A stretch of DNA of 63,264 bases, filler included, from an uncultured bacterium (lineage in GTDB: Bacteria; UBA8481), in NCBI GenBank assembly GCA_964499705.1. It is 3 parts of 3 records of this genome, joined end to end, with 100 filler letters (N's around TTAATTAATTAA, not from the genome) between each part and the next. Parts side by side here need not be neighbours in the genome. Positions count along the whole stretch, not along the records: positions 1 to 22,428 come from CAZCME010000033.1; 2 more parts are not named here. The stretch is one strand, 5' to 3'. The notes beneath the pieces are model-generated. The model saw only the letters and a list, made by a program, of their open reading frames with translations. It did not search any database and was not told the origin of the DNA. Positions within the stretch are counted from its first letter, which is position 1. The number at the start of each line of letters is the position of its first letter. Both the position numbers and the translations under genes were made by a program. Positions 1 through 9,690 of the stretch are shown piece after piece.

Positions 1-342
<342 letters not shown>

Positions 343-351
343 GATCTCTTC

Positions 352-912
352 CTACTTCCCTCCTTTTTTCTTCGACTTCACTTTTTGTAAGAATTGTATG
401 TCCGTGTGATCAGTATCTTTCCCCTTGCCCTCGGCAATTCGTTTTTCCTTCATCTGGATAAGGTGATCGACGGAAGCGCATGCCAATCGGGGATTCTCGC
501 TCACGATGGCCGCATCCCGCTTTAAAATGGCAAAAGGAACGGGATTTTCAAAGACGAAGTCTATCTGGTCGATAACCTCGCCCTGTTCATCGCGCAAGTA
601 GAAATTCAACGCGCCCAGTTTTGCGCGATTCGCATAATTCTTTGCGACTGTTTTCTTTTCAGCCCATGTCACATTTTGATTCGAGTCCACGCTCAGCGGC
701 ATTCGGTAATCCAGCTCATACATGAGATCTATGATTTGATCAGCGTCCACGATGCGCGCGGCCCAATCCATGTCGCCGGAAAGCCGTGAGCTTCCCAGAA
801 CATTGCAGGCTTTCGCTCCGATCAAAACAAGCGGTATTCGATGATCGTTGAAGTGCTGTATCAACGCCACCGGCGAGATGGCTTTGCTCACGTCGAACGC
901 ATCCTTACCCAT
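352..912 (-). CDS. Nucleotidyltransferase (DNA pol beta superfamily, AbiEii/DUF2204-like), putative toxin
   Basis: VLIGAKA..LGSSRLSGDMD motif and C-terminal LIQMKEK..D..D..FL; paralogous to 18889-19440. Confidence 0.7.
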   Translation of the reverse strand: MGKDAFDVSKAISPVALIQHFNDHRIPLVLIGAKACNVLGSSRLSGDMDWAARIVDADQIIDLMYELDYRMPLSVDSNQNVTWAEKKTVAKNYANRAKLGALNFYLRDEQGEVIDQIDFVFENPVPFAILKRDAAIVSENPRLACASVDHLIQMKEKRIAEGKGKDTDHTDIQFLQKVKSKKKGGK

Positions 913-1217
913 TCATGAAGCAACCGCTCCCGATAGGAGGGCAATCCGATACTGCGAAGAAATTCATAATGCGAACGCGCTTGCTCCGTCGCGACTTCCA
1001 GGCGCTTCAGCGGTTTCAGGCGTTCCATCATCCACCGCCCATCGTGCATCTTGTTGAGGAGTTCCTGTCGTTCCGCCCGAAGCGTAGCCTGTCGCGCCAC
1101 GCCGCCCTTCCGGGCGAACGCCCTGCGCTCCGCAGCCGTCATGGCATCCATGCGCGCGCGCCCGCCCTTCTTCCCACCCCTGCGGCCCAGGGCCACCGCG
1201 TGAGGATTCTTTCGCAT
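888..1217 (-). CDS. Small basic protein with NPHAVALGRRGGKKGG motif, putative partner/antitoxin
   Basis: 109 aa, KGG-type basic N-terminus, overlaps the nucleotidyltransferase start by 25 nt. Confidence 0.6.
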   Translation of the reverse strand: MRKNPHAVALGRRGGKKGGRARMDAMTAAERRAFARKGGVARQATLRAERQELLNKMHDGRWMMERLKPLKRLEVATEQARSHYEFLRSIGLPSYRERLLHEWVRMRST

Positions 1218-1280
1218 GAAGGAACTATATCACAGCCAGAGCGCTCTTGCTTAAAAAAACGAATATAACGACGGTTTATT

Positions 1281-1306
1281 ATCCTGCCCATCCTGCCTAT
1301 CCTGTT
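1281..1306. repeat. ATCCTG-based 26-bp REP-like element (single arm)
   Basis: ATCCTGCCCATCCTGCCTATCCTGTT is 24/26 identical to 61557-61582. Confidence 0.75.
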
Positions 1307-1317
1307 AGAAAAGTTGC

Positions 1318-2271
1318 TTAGAAATTGTACTGCAGCGAAATCCGGTGCGACATGTCCAGCTCGTCGTAGTCGGCCCAGGCGTAATCGAGCGTGAACCGGT
1401 CCATCTTGAAGCCCGCGCCGGCCGTCAATCCGCTGCCGATCTCGTTCGTGTGGTCGTAGCCGACACGGAGAGCGAGCATGTTGGCGACCCAGTATTCGCC
1501 GCCGGCGTGGACGTAGATGTCGTCGTCCTTCACCGTCTTCTGGACGTCGGCGGTCACGAGAAACCGCTCCGCCATCATCCGGTAGGCTGCTCCGAGGCGG
1601 AACGTGATCGGGAGATCGTCGTCCTTGGCCTTCAGGCGCAGCTTGTCGCCGAGGTTCGTCACGGCAAAGCCCACGGAGAGCGGATTCCCCTTCTCCCGCC
1701 AGTAGGCGCCCAGGTCCGCCGCAACCGTCGCGTCGTCATACTCGGCGATCTCCTCGCGGACATACTTCACGGTCACGCCGAGATTCAGGCCGTCCATGAG
1801 CATCGGCCGGCCGTAGCCGAGCGAGATGGCGTAATTGGATGCGTCGAAACCGGCGCCGGTGGAGACGGAATTGGAATTGTTCGGGTCGGCGGTGTTATTA
1901 ATGAAGGTGCGGCTGAAATTTCCGAGGTCGAAGTAATTCACCGAGACGCCGATCGTTCCCACGTCCAGGGGATGAACATAGGAAAGATATTCCTGGTTCA
2001 GGTCGAGGAAATACTCGTTGTGCGCGAAAGCGAGCTGCTGAGGCGCGACACCCAGGGCGCCGGGGTTGAAGTGCATGGCGTACGCGTCATCGGCCAGGGC
2101 CGCATACGCGCCTCCCAGGGCATTGGCGCGGCCTCCGACGGGAACGAGGAGAAAGTTCGCCGCCGTCGCACTAGGCTCGGCGTAGGCGACGCTTGCCGGG
2201 AATCCGATCGAAAGCGTCATGCCGAGGACGCAGGAAAGCAGGCACGCGAGGAAGCCGGGATTTTTTCTCAT
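1318..2271 (-). CDS. PorV/PorQ-family outer-membrane beta-barrel
   Basis: Signal peptide; FLLVPVGGRANALGGAYAALADDAYAMHFNPGAL is the typical PorV-family N-terminus; ends SHRISLQYNF; ATGA overlap with the upstream CTD protein. Confidence 0.88.
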   Translation of the reverse strand: MRKNPGFLACLLSCVLGMTLSIGFPASVAYAEPSATAANFLLVPVGGRANALGGAYAALADDAYAMHFNPGALGVAPQQLAFAHNEYFLDLNQEYLSYVHPLDVGTIGVSVNYFDLGNFSRTFINNTADPNNSNSVSTGAGFDASNYAISLGYGRPMLMDGLNLGVTVKYVREEIAEYDDATVAADLGAYWREKGNPLSVGFAVTNLGDKLRLKAKDDDLPITFRLGAAYRMMAERFLVTADVQKTVKDDDIYVHAGGEYWVANMLALRVGYDHTNEIGSGLTAGAGFKMDRFTLDYAWADYDELDMSHRISLQYNF

Positions 2272-5200
2272 CGCACGATCGCCACCTTCCGAACTGCCGT
2301 CCCGCCTCCGCCCTTCACGACGATCAGATACACGCCGCTCACCACTTCCTGGTTGTCCTGGTTTCGCGCATCCCAGACGACGAGTCCCGTCGTCCCCGCA
2401 TCGGGGATCTCGTCGACGAGGCGCCCGCGGAGATCGAAGATCTGGATCTTCGATCCGGACGGGACGTTGCCGATCCGGATCCCCGCCGTCGCCGTTCCCT
2501 GCTCGCCGTTCGACTGGTCTCCGTCATACGGCACATAGGGATTCGGATAGACGATGATGCTCGACGCGGGAAGCGCCGCGGAGAATCCTCCGGTCGGGAA
2601 GACGCCCATGATGCCGTTGTGGAGCGTCAGGATGGAGATCGTATCGCCCGTCGCGTAGTTGAGGAAACTGTCCGGCAGGCTCTGATTCACGATGCGGGAG
2701 TCGGTGCGCGCGATGAGCCATCGGCGCGAGACCGTGTCGAAGAAGAAGATCTCGAGCGATGTCTTGACGGCCTGCAGCGCCGAGTCGAGAGTCCATGTCC
2801 GGCGGAACCGGTTGAAGCTCGAAGACGCCTCTCCGATCGTCGCTCCGAGAGAATCCTGCACGGTGATCTCCCGGATCGTCCGCTGGCCAAGGATGAAATT
2901 CCCGATGAGGTTGATCGAATCCGAGGAACTCGTCAGCACCACGGTATCCGGCACGGAGACGATGATGAAGGCCTGCCGGATCGTGTCGGCGAAGTCGATG
3001 ATGAACCGGATCGTGTCGCCGTTCGTTCCGGTCTGCCCGATCTGGCAGACGATCGTATCCGTCGTTCCCTGCAGGAATGTCACGGTCTCGCTCACGTTGT
3101 CGTTCGCCGTCCGGTCGACGGCGGCAACCGTCTCCCCGGTCGTCGGGTTGTAGGTCGCCGAGATCGTCGTGCCGAGACCCAGCTGGAGTGCGATCGTGTC
3201 GGAGACGCCGGCGGACGTATTGCCCGCGCTGTCGCGGACGACGACCGTGCAGGTCTTCGCGCCCGCGGCGGATGTCAGAGTGACGGTCCGCTGGAAACTG
3301 GAGGCTCCGTTGAATCCGATGAACGTCGTCGACGATTCGACAATGTCGCCCGTCAACTGATACGACGCGACGCCGAAAGAATCGGACGAGGTGAAGGTGA
3401 GGACGACGAGCGTGTCGCCGGAAACGAGCGCGCCGGTGTCGAGCGACACGGAGTTCACATTCGGCGCCGTCGAGTCGGAGACGAACCACCGCGTCAGAGT
3501 CTGGACATCGCCGTAGATGCTCGTCCGGAGGATAACGACCTGGTTGATGCCCGCGGCGAGCCCGACGGTGAAGTTGGCGGTGTCCGTCACGTTGAGAGAC
3601 GTGTTCACGACGCTCGTCAGGACGTTCGTCTCGGTGACGGAGTCCGACGGAGCGAAGACGCTGATATAGCCAGTGGCTCCGGTCGTGAAGATCGTGTCCG
3701 CCGTCGTCGTCTCCGTGCCGTTGGAGATCCTCACCGACTGCGCCAGTGTTGTGAAGCTGGACGTCGCGTTGCCGAGCCTCCCGAAGGTGTCGACCGCGGA
3801 GACGTTGAAGTTCACCGTTCCCGCCGTAGCGCCGATCTTCGCCGCGGGTATCGTTCCGCGGAATGTCGTGCCCGAGAGCAGGGTCATTGTATACGTGTCG
3901 GTTGTGCCGGAGACGATGACGCCGAGCTGGACCGACTGGAGTCCCAGCGAGAACGTCGTGTCGGTGACGGTCGCGTTCACGGTCACGGTCTCGCTGACAG
4001 GGCGGCCCGCCGGGACGGCGGTAATGGAGACGATCGGCGCGGAACGGTCGACGACAAACGAGAGCTGAACGTTGGCCGCGACGTTGCCCGCGTCGTCCCA
4101 GGCGCTGATGAAGAGCGTGACCGTATCGGCCGTCGGCGTCACGTTGATCTGCGGGAAGACCGTCGCGGACGCGGAATCGAAGGCGGAGCCGGTGAACTGC
4201 GTCGAGGCGTTGTTCAGAAGCCCGCCCAGCGTGTCCGCCGTCTGCGAGACGAAGAACCGGATGTTCTTCTCCGTCGCCGCCGTCGTCACTCGTACCCGCA
4301 CGCCCACGGAATCGACCGCGGTCTTGTTCGGATCGAGCAGGAACGACGCGATGGTCGGAACGGTGTTGTCGATCCGGAGGAAGAACGTATCTTCGTAAGC
4401 GAGATTGACCGTCGAGTCGCTGATGTAAACGACGATCGAGTCGCCGTGCTGGAGCGAAGCCGCGGGAAGAACGATGACCGTGTCCGCGAAGTCGATCCTG
4501 GTAACGATCTGGAAGTCCGAATCCCCGCCCCGGACTCGCTTGACGCGGACCGTGTCGCCGATCGCGGAACTGATCCGCAAGGTCGGGCTGATTCCCGTCT
4601 GGACTCCCAGTTCGCCAGATGAGGTGATCTCCGTGTATTCGCTTGTCGCTCCGTTCGTATCGCGCGGCAGCTTCGTATACACACGCCCGTCGACGCCATT
4701 GACAATTCCGATCGACTCGGGGCTTGCCGCGGACTTGTACAGCGTTCCGCGCCCGACCACATCCGTGCACTGGAGGAAGAACTCCACGCCGATCGACGTG
4801 TCCGCGATCGCGCCGATGATCGTCGTCGGGATGATACCGGACCATACTCCCTGGCGCAGGTCTCCCGAGGAGATGCTCATCGCGATCGCGGTATACGTGG
4901 AGGAGTCGTTGCGATGCCGCGCGTACAAGGTCGCGGCGGAGATGCCGCCGGAGTCGACGATGTTCGCCGTCACCGTGATCGGCTGTCCCTTGGCGCGGCT
5001 GCCGATGTTGCCGATGTTCCCCCCGTTGCCGATATTGATGACCGGCGCGATGGAGTCGACGAGGATCGTGTCGGACGTGGTCGCCGAGTAATTGCCTGTG
5101 TAGTCCTGCAGCCTGAAGTACAGCGTCGCGGCGCCGGAGACGATGTTGAAGAAGTTCGTCGTGAGCGAGAACGAGCGGGTATCAGAATAGAGGTATTCCG

Positions 5201-8200
5201 TCCCTATCGCACCCGAAGTATCGGAGACGAAGAGAGCGCGGACGCCCAGGGGACCCGTATCCGATGCCTGGCCTCCCGTGGATCCGAAGTTCAGCGTGAC
5301 GGCGACCGTGTCGGTCAGGATGCCGCCGGAGTTGATGACGGAGTCCGGACGCGCGAGAGTCGGAACCACGACGTCGACGAAGAATTTGCCGTCGTCGGTA
5401 AAGGGAGGAATGCCGACGCCGGAGGTATCGAAGACTTCGACCCGCAACGTCGTCGTATCGAGCGGGAACCGGATCCCGGAGAACGAGAGCTGGCCGGAAT
5501 CACCAATCCGGATCTGGCCCGCGGTATTGAAGGCGTTGTTCGCAAATCCGGAGCCGGTGTCGAAGGAGAGGAAGAACGTATCTCCGAGGAGCGTCGTCTC
5601 GATGACGCGGACCAGGAGGCCGCCGGGGTCGTTGACAAAGAGCACGGTCGTATCGAGCGTAAAGTAGGAACGATTCGTCGCCGAATCGCGCCAAGTGGAC
5701 GATGAGAGTTCCCGCGAGTCCGTGGCGAAGTTCAACGAAGAACCGACGAAGACGCGGACTCCGAGGCCGTCGATGATCGGGATCGATTCCGGCGTCGCCG
5801 AATCCGCATATTTCGTGAACCGGCCGACCACGTCGGTGCAGGAGAGGAAGAACTCCACGCCCCGCGTCGTATCCGCAATCGCTCCGACGATCGAAGTCGG
5901 GATCGTTCCGGTCCAGAGCCCGTCGTAGACGGTGCCGGTCGTCAGGGTCATCGTGATGGTCGAATACGCGGAAGAATCCGTGCGATGCCGCGCGAAGAGG
6001 CTGGCGGCCGCGATCCCGCTCGTGTCGCGAAGGCGCGCGATGACGCTGATCTGGTTCCCCTTGGCGCGCTGGTTGTAGACGCCGATGTTCGCGCCCGAAT
6101 CCGTCCGAACGTGGGGCGAATCGAGATCGACGATGATCGTGTCCGTGAAGACCGCTGAAAGATTCGTCGCGTCATCCTCGAACTGGAAATAGAGCGTCGC
6201 GAGGCCCGCTGGATTGCTGATGTAGGGATCCGTGAGATAAATCGTCGTGTCTCCGAAGGCAATGCGCTGGATGGCGTTTCCGAGGGAATTGAAGTTCGAC
6301 GTGTCGTTGATCGTGTATCGGAAGATTACGTTCGGCCCCGTGTCTCGAACCCGCGAAATCGTGGCGCCGACATCAATGTTCACGCGCCGCGTGTCGATCG
6401 CCGCGAGACCGGCGGCGATCAGGTTCGAAGGCGTGTCCACCGTGGGAAGAGCCTTGTCGATAAAGACGATTCCGGTGTCGTAGGCCGTGGGAATCGAAGA
6501 ATTCGAGTCGAAGACGGCCACGAGGATGGTGTTCGTCTCGAGATTGAAGACGAACGCGCTCGTGGTCTCGCCGAAATTGGCCGAGAAGGACGTGATCCGA
6601 GCGATGCGCACGCCGTTCAGGAAGATCTCCGCGGAGTCGGCCAGGCCCGTCGATTCGATCAGCTGGAGCTTCGCTGCGGGAACGTTGGTCTCGTTCAGGG
6701 AAAGAATGGTTCGCGCGGACCGTCCGGATGTGTCGGACCAGACGGCTGCCGTCAAAGTCTTCGACTCCGTCGTGAATGCGGCTGAGCTCTCCCCGAGGAA
6801 TGTCCGGAAGGACATGCCGACAATGATGGGGATCGATTCCGGCGACGCGGAGTCCCTGTAGGAGGAAGTCCGACCGACCAGGTCGGTGCAGGAGATGAAG
6901 TATTCCACGCCGTTCGTCGTCTCGGCGATGGCTCCGACAATCGAAGTCGGGATCGTGCCCGTCCAGACGCCGTCATATATGTTGCCGGTTGAGAGCGACA
7001 TCGCAATGGCGGTGTAGTTGCCGGAATCGTTGCGGTGCTTGGCGCGGAGAACAACAGTCGAGACGCCGCCGGTGTCGACGATATTGGCGAGAACGGTGAT
7101 GGCGACAGCCTTGGCGCGCGACCCGAGCGAGCCGATATTGCCGCCGTTGCCGGCGCGGATGAGCGGCGTCACGAAGTCGACGACGATCGTGTCCAAGACG
7201 GCCGTAGAGCGATTACCGGCGTCATCTTCGAACTGGAAGAAGATCCGCGCCACGCCTGTCTCCGCGTTGATCATCGAGTCAGGAATGTCGAAGTAGAGCG
7301 AATCAGCGAAGCGATAAGCGTTCGTATTCTCCATACCGAGCGAAGTATCCGCCTGGATCCGGAAGAACTTGATCCCGTTCGGATTGGTGTCCGAGACCTG
7401 TCCGCCTGTCGAGCCGAAGTTGAAATTGACACGACGCGTATCGGTCAGGACGCCGCCGGAATTCAGGATCGTATCGGCGCGCGCCGCCGTCGGAGCGAAG
7501 TTTTCGAAGAAGATGCGGCCCGTATCCATGACATCAGGAAGATTTGTCGTTGTGTCGCGGATGATCGCGATGACCGTGTCCACCTCGAGCGAGAAGGTCA
7601 GAGAAGACGTGATGTAGGCGGAACAGAATCCGTTGGAGAAGAATCCCTGCCCGAGGAAGCGATATCCGAGTCCGGTATCGAGGAAGAAGGCGATGGAGTC
7701 GGCCAGGAGCGCGGTATCGGTGGCCTGCACGCGGAACGAGATCTGATTCTGGTTCACCGTGAGGAACGTTCGCGCCGTCTGGCTCGAATCGCGCCAGGCT
7801 CCGGCCACAAGCTGGCTGGAATCGCGCGCAAACTCCGTATCCGAGGACGGCCCTCCGATAAAGATGCGCGGCCGGATTCCGCCGGAGATGGTGATAAAGC
7901 TCCCGGCATTGGAGTCGGCAAATGTGCCGCGATTCCCTCGCGTATCACGGGCCTCGATGTAGTAGACGAACGAGTCGCCTCTGCGAACATTGGTGTCCGA
8001 AATTGCAAAAGTGAATGTACGCGTCTTTCCCGTATCGTTGGTCGTCCCCGGAACAGCTCGGAACCCATTACCGCTGAGAACCCCCGCCAACGCAGTATCA
8101 AAGAAGAGGCGCACCGTGTCATAGCCCGCGACGGCGGAAGAGTCGAAGATGGTCGAGGTGATGTTCCTGCCGGTTCCGCTAACGAATAGGTTGTCGGCGA

Positions 8201-8801
8201 TGAACCCGGACCCGACGATGGGCGAGGTGGAGTCATGCCCAAGGAAGATTGGATATACCAGCAAGAATGAATCGAACGTACTTATTGTTGTCGCATTATT
8301 TGTCGTCTTCAGGAAAGAGGTAGCCAGGCTATCGGTTCGAATAAAATGTATTCTGCTTGCACCTTGTCCCTTAATTCGGAAACGCACCGTCACGATTGTG
8401 TCCGTCGCAATTCCAGTGGGATAGGCCGCATCCGTGGCACCATCACCGATATTGAAGAAAGCAACAATACCCCTCACAACCGTATCGCTCTGCGGCCCAA
8501 CAAATGATGTGTTATTGGAGGCGAAAATATTTGCGTTCACAGTAGCGCTCGGCACATCAAGCACTGGATGAAGAAATTCTAATACTTCAGTGTCATAGGA
8601 CAACGCAGCTGCAATGGCACCAAAATTCGTTAGACTTGCGGAGGTAGAGCGAATCGCAACTCGAACGGAATCGCCAATGGTTTGACTCTGTCGCGGCTGC
8701 GGATCAGGATAAACTTGAATCACTTGCGCCTGTGATGCAGTCGCCCAAGCAGTACACAGCGCGAGAATACACGCAAGCCGCATCAAATACTTATTTCGCA
8801 C
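2268..8801 (-). CDS. 2177-aa secreted scaffold: N-terminal cohesin-like domain, Ig-like repeats, C-terminal T9SS type-A-like (FlgD-Ig) sorting domain
   Basis: Signal peptide (..ASQA); cohesin-like GDSVRVAI..ALSYDTEVLEF..TIVTVRFRIKGQGASRIHF; C-terminal YPNPY..IQIFDLRGRLV..VWDARNQDNQEVVSGVYLIVVK..RKVAIVR; three internal ~350-aa repeats. Confidence 0.85.
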   Translation of the reverse strand: MRNKYLMRLACILALCTAWATASQAQVIQVYPDPQPRQSQTIGDSVRVAIRSTSASLTNFGAIAAALSYDTEVLEFLHPVLDVPSATVNANIFASNNTSFVGPQSDTVVRGIVAFFNIGDGATDAAYPTGIATDTIVTVRFRIKGQGASRIHFIRTDSLATSFLKTTNNATTISTFDSFLLVYPIFLGHDSTSPIVGSGFIADNLFVSGTGRNITSTIFDSSAVAGYDTVRLFFDTALAGVLSGNGFRAVPGTTNDTGKTRTFTFAISDTNVRRGDSFVYYIEARDTRGNRGTFADSNAGSFITISGGIRPRIFIGGPSSDTEFARDSSQLVAGAWRDSSQTARTFLTVNQNQISFRVQATDTALLADSIAFFLDTGLGYRFLGQGFFSNGFCSAYITSSLTFSLEVDTVIAIIRDTTTNLPDVMDTGRIFFENFAPTAARADTILNSGGVLTDTRRVNFNFGSTGGQVSDTNPNGIKFFRIQADTSLGMENTNAYRFADSLYFDIPDSMINAETGVARIFFQFEDDAGNRSTAVLDTIVVDFVTPLIRAGNGGNIGSLGSRAKAVAITVLANIVDTGGVSTVVLRAKHRNDSGNYTAIAMSLSTGNIYDGVWTGTIPTSIVGAIAETTNGVEYFISCTDLVGRTSSYRDSASPESIPIIVGMSFRTFLGESSAAFTTESKTLTAAVWSDTSGRSARTILSLNETNVPAAKLQLIESTGLADSAEIFLNGVRIARITSFSANFGETTSAFVFNLETNTILVAVFDSNSSIPTAYDTGIVFIDKALPTVDTPSNLIAAGLAAIDTRRVNIDVGATISRVRDTGPNVIFRYTINDTSNFNSLGNAIQRIAFGDTTIYLTDPYISNPAGLATLYFQFEDDATNLSAVFTDTIIVDLDSPHVRTDSGANIGVYNQRAKGNQISVIARLRDTSGIAAASLFARHRTDSSAYSTITMTLTTGTVYDGLWTGTIPTSIVGAIADTTRGVEFFLSCTDVVGRFTKYADSATPESIPIIDGLGVRVFVGSSLNFATDSRELSSSTWRDSATNRSYFTLDTTVLFVNDPGGLLVRVIETTLLGDTFFLSFDTGSGFANNAFNTAGQIRIGDSGQLSFSGIRFPLDTTTLRVEVFDTSGVGIPPFTDDGKFFVDVVVPTLARPDSVINSGGILTDTVAVTLNFGSTGGQASDTGPLGVRALFVSDTSGAIGTEYLYSDTRSFSLTTNFFNIVSGAATLYFRLQDYTGNYSATTSDTILVDSIAPVINIGNGGNIGNIGSRAKGQPITVTANIVDSGGISAATLYARHRNDSSTYTAIAMSISSGDLRQGVWSGIIPTTIIGAIADTSIGVEFFLQCTDVVGRGTLYKSAASPESIGIVNGVDGRVYTKLPRDTNGATSEYTEITSSGELGVQTGISPTLRISSAIGDTVRVKRVRGGDSDFQIVTRIDFADTVIVLPAASLQHGDSIVVYISDSTVNLAYEDTFFLRIDNTVPTIASFLLDPNKTAVDSVGVRVRVTTAATEKNIRFFVSQTADTLGGLLNNASTQFTGSAFDSASATVFPQINVTPTADTVTLFISAWDDAGNVAANVQLSFVVDRSAPIVSITAVPAGRPVSETVTVNATVTDTTFSLGLQSVQLGVIVSGTTDTYTMTLLSGTTFRGTIPAAKIGATAGTVNFNVSAVDTFGRLGNATSSFTTLAQSVRISNGTETTTADTIFTTGATGYISVFAPSDSVTETNVLTSVVNTSLNVTDTANFTVGLAAGINQVVILRTSIYGDVQTLTRWFVSDSTAPNVNSVSLDTGALVSGDTLVVLTFTSSDSFGVASYQLTGDIVESSTTFIGFNGASSFQRTVTLTSAAGAKTCTVVVRDSAGNTSAGVSDTIALQLGLGTTISATYNPTTGETVAAVDRTANDNVSETVTFLQGTTDTIVCQIGQTGTNGDTIRFIIDFADTIRQAFIIVSVPDTVVLTSSSDSINLIGNFILGQRTIREITVQDSLGATIGEASSSFNRFRRTWTLDSALQAVKTSLEIFFFDTVSRRWLIARTDSRIVNQSLPDSFLNYATGDTISILTLHNGIMGVFPTGGFSAALPASSIIVYPNPYVPYDGDQSNGEQGTATAGIRIGNVPSGSKIQIFDLRGRLVDEIPDAGTTGLVVWDARNQDNQEVVSGVYLIVVKGGGGTAVRKVAIVR

Positions 8802-9640
8802 TAGATTTCCTGACCTCTCAGATATCTAAGAAAAATAACAACGTCCTCGGCGGTGATTGAAGAGTCCGATGTACGATTCTCGTATTGCAATGAACCATCA
8901 CCGGCTGATCCGTAATCCGCGTATGTTCCGAGCGCTTGCTGACCTCTCACTACTCTGTAAATTTCAACCGCATCGTTTGCGTCCTGACTTCCATCCCCAT
9001 TAAAATCCGCCCCCCGCCGCAATAGCAGCAGGAACAAATTCAACGATATAGTCGCTTTCGACGACGCGACGACATTATTCGAAGAATCGCGGAACGTAAA
9101 GTTCGTCACGACGATCGTGTCGCGCTGGCCGGCGAAGGTCGTGTCCGTATTCAGCTTGATGAACTTCAAGGTCGTCAGCAGATTGAACGTCGCGTTCGAC
9201 AGGCCCTTGTTCGAGGCGTTCGACTGCATCCGGACGCCGATCACGGAGACCGTCGCGGTCGGGCGGAGGTTGGAGCTGTCGAGGTCGACGATGAAGACGA
9301 AGGTCTCGTTGCCCGTCGCGTTCGTCGTCAATAGATCGCCTGCGGTATATGACGTCGAATCGATCGTGAAGGTGTCGCGGTTGAACTGGAGATCAAACTT
9401 GAAGCCCATCACATTCGTGTCCGACGGAATCGTCAGTTTCACGCCTCCCGAAGAAGTCGTGGACCCTGCTGTGGATGAAAAAGACATCGGCGCCGTCGAG
9501 TCCGGCGTCACTTGAGCCCCAACGGAAACAGACGCGACGGCGATCAATACAAGGGACACACATGCAGCCAGAAGGATATGTCGAGGAGACAACCGGATCA
9601 CTCCAACATTTAACCTCGTTTGCAGCCGCCAAGTCAACAC
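8801..9640 (-). CDS. Secreted cohesin+dockerin adaptor protein
   Basis: Hydrophobic signal; cohesin-like NVMGFKFDLQFNRDTF..LLTTLKF..IVVTNFTFRDSSNN; dockerin GADFNGDGSQDANDAVEIYRVV..SSITAEDVVIFLRYL; TAGTG overlap with the next gene. Confidence 0.75.
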   Translation of the reverse strand: MLTWRLQTRLNVGVIRLSPRHILLAACVSLVLIAVASVSVGAQVTPDSTAPMSFSSTAGSTTSSGGVKLTIPSDTNVMGFKFDLQFNRDTFTIDSTSYTAGDLLTTNATGNETFVFIVDLDSSNLRPTATVSVIGVRMQSNASNKGLSNATFNLLTTLKFIKLNTDTTFAGQRDTIVVTNFTFRDSSNNVVASSKATISLNLFLLLLRRGADFNGDGSQDANDAVEIYRVVRGQQALGTYADYGSAGDGSLQYENRTSDSSITAEDVVIFLRYLRGQEI

Positions 9641-9690
9641 AATATGCCTTCTGTGTAACTTTTTTCGCTATCATCCACCGTTTGCGGCAC

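Noticed and set aside
2193-8424. Long plus-strand and alternate-frame ORFs over the 2177-aa gene (e.g. 2193-4622, 2524-4845), and similar ones over the other giant genes
   Set aside because: Arg/Asp-rich shadow frames expected from high-GC codon bias; no motifs
1318-8801. Complete type IX secretion system
   Set aside because: Only PorV-like and CTD elements are visible; no sprA or porK/L/M/N in the window
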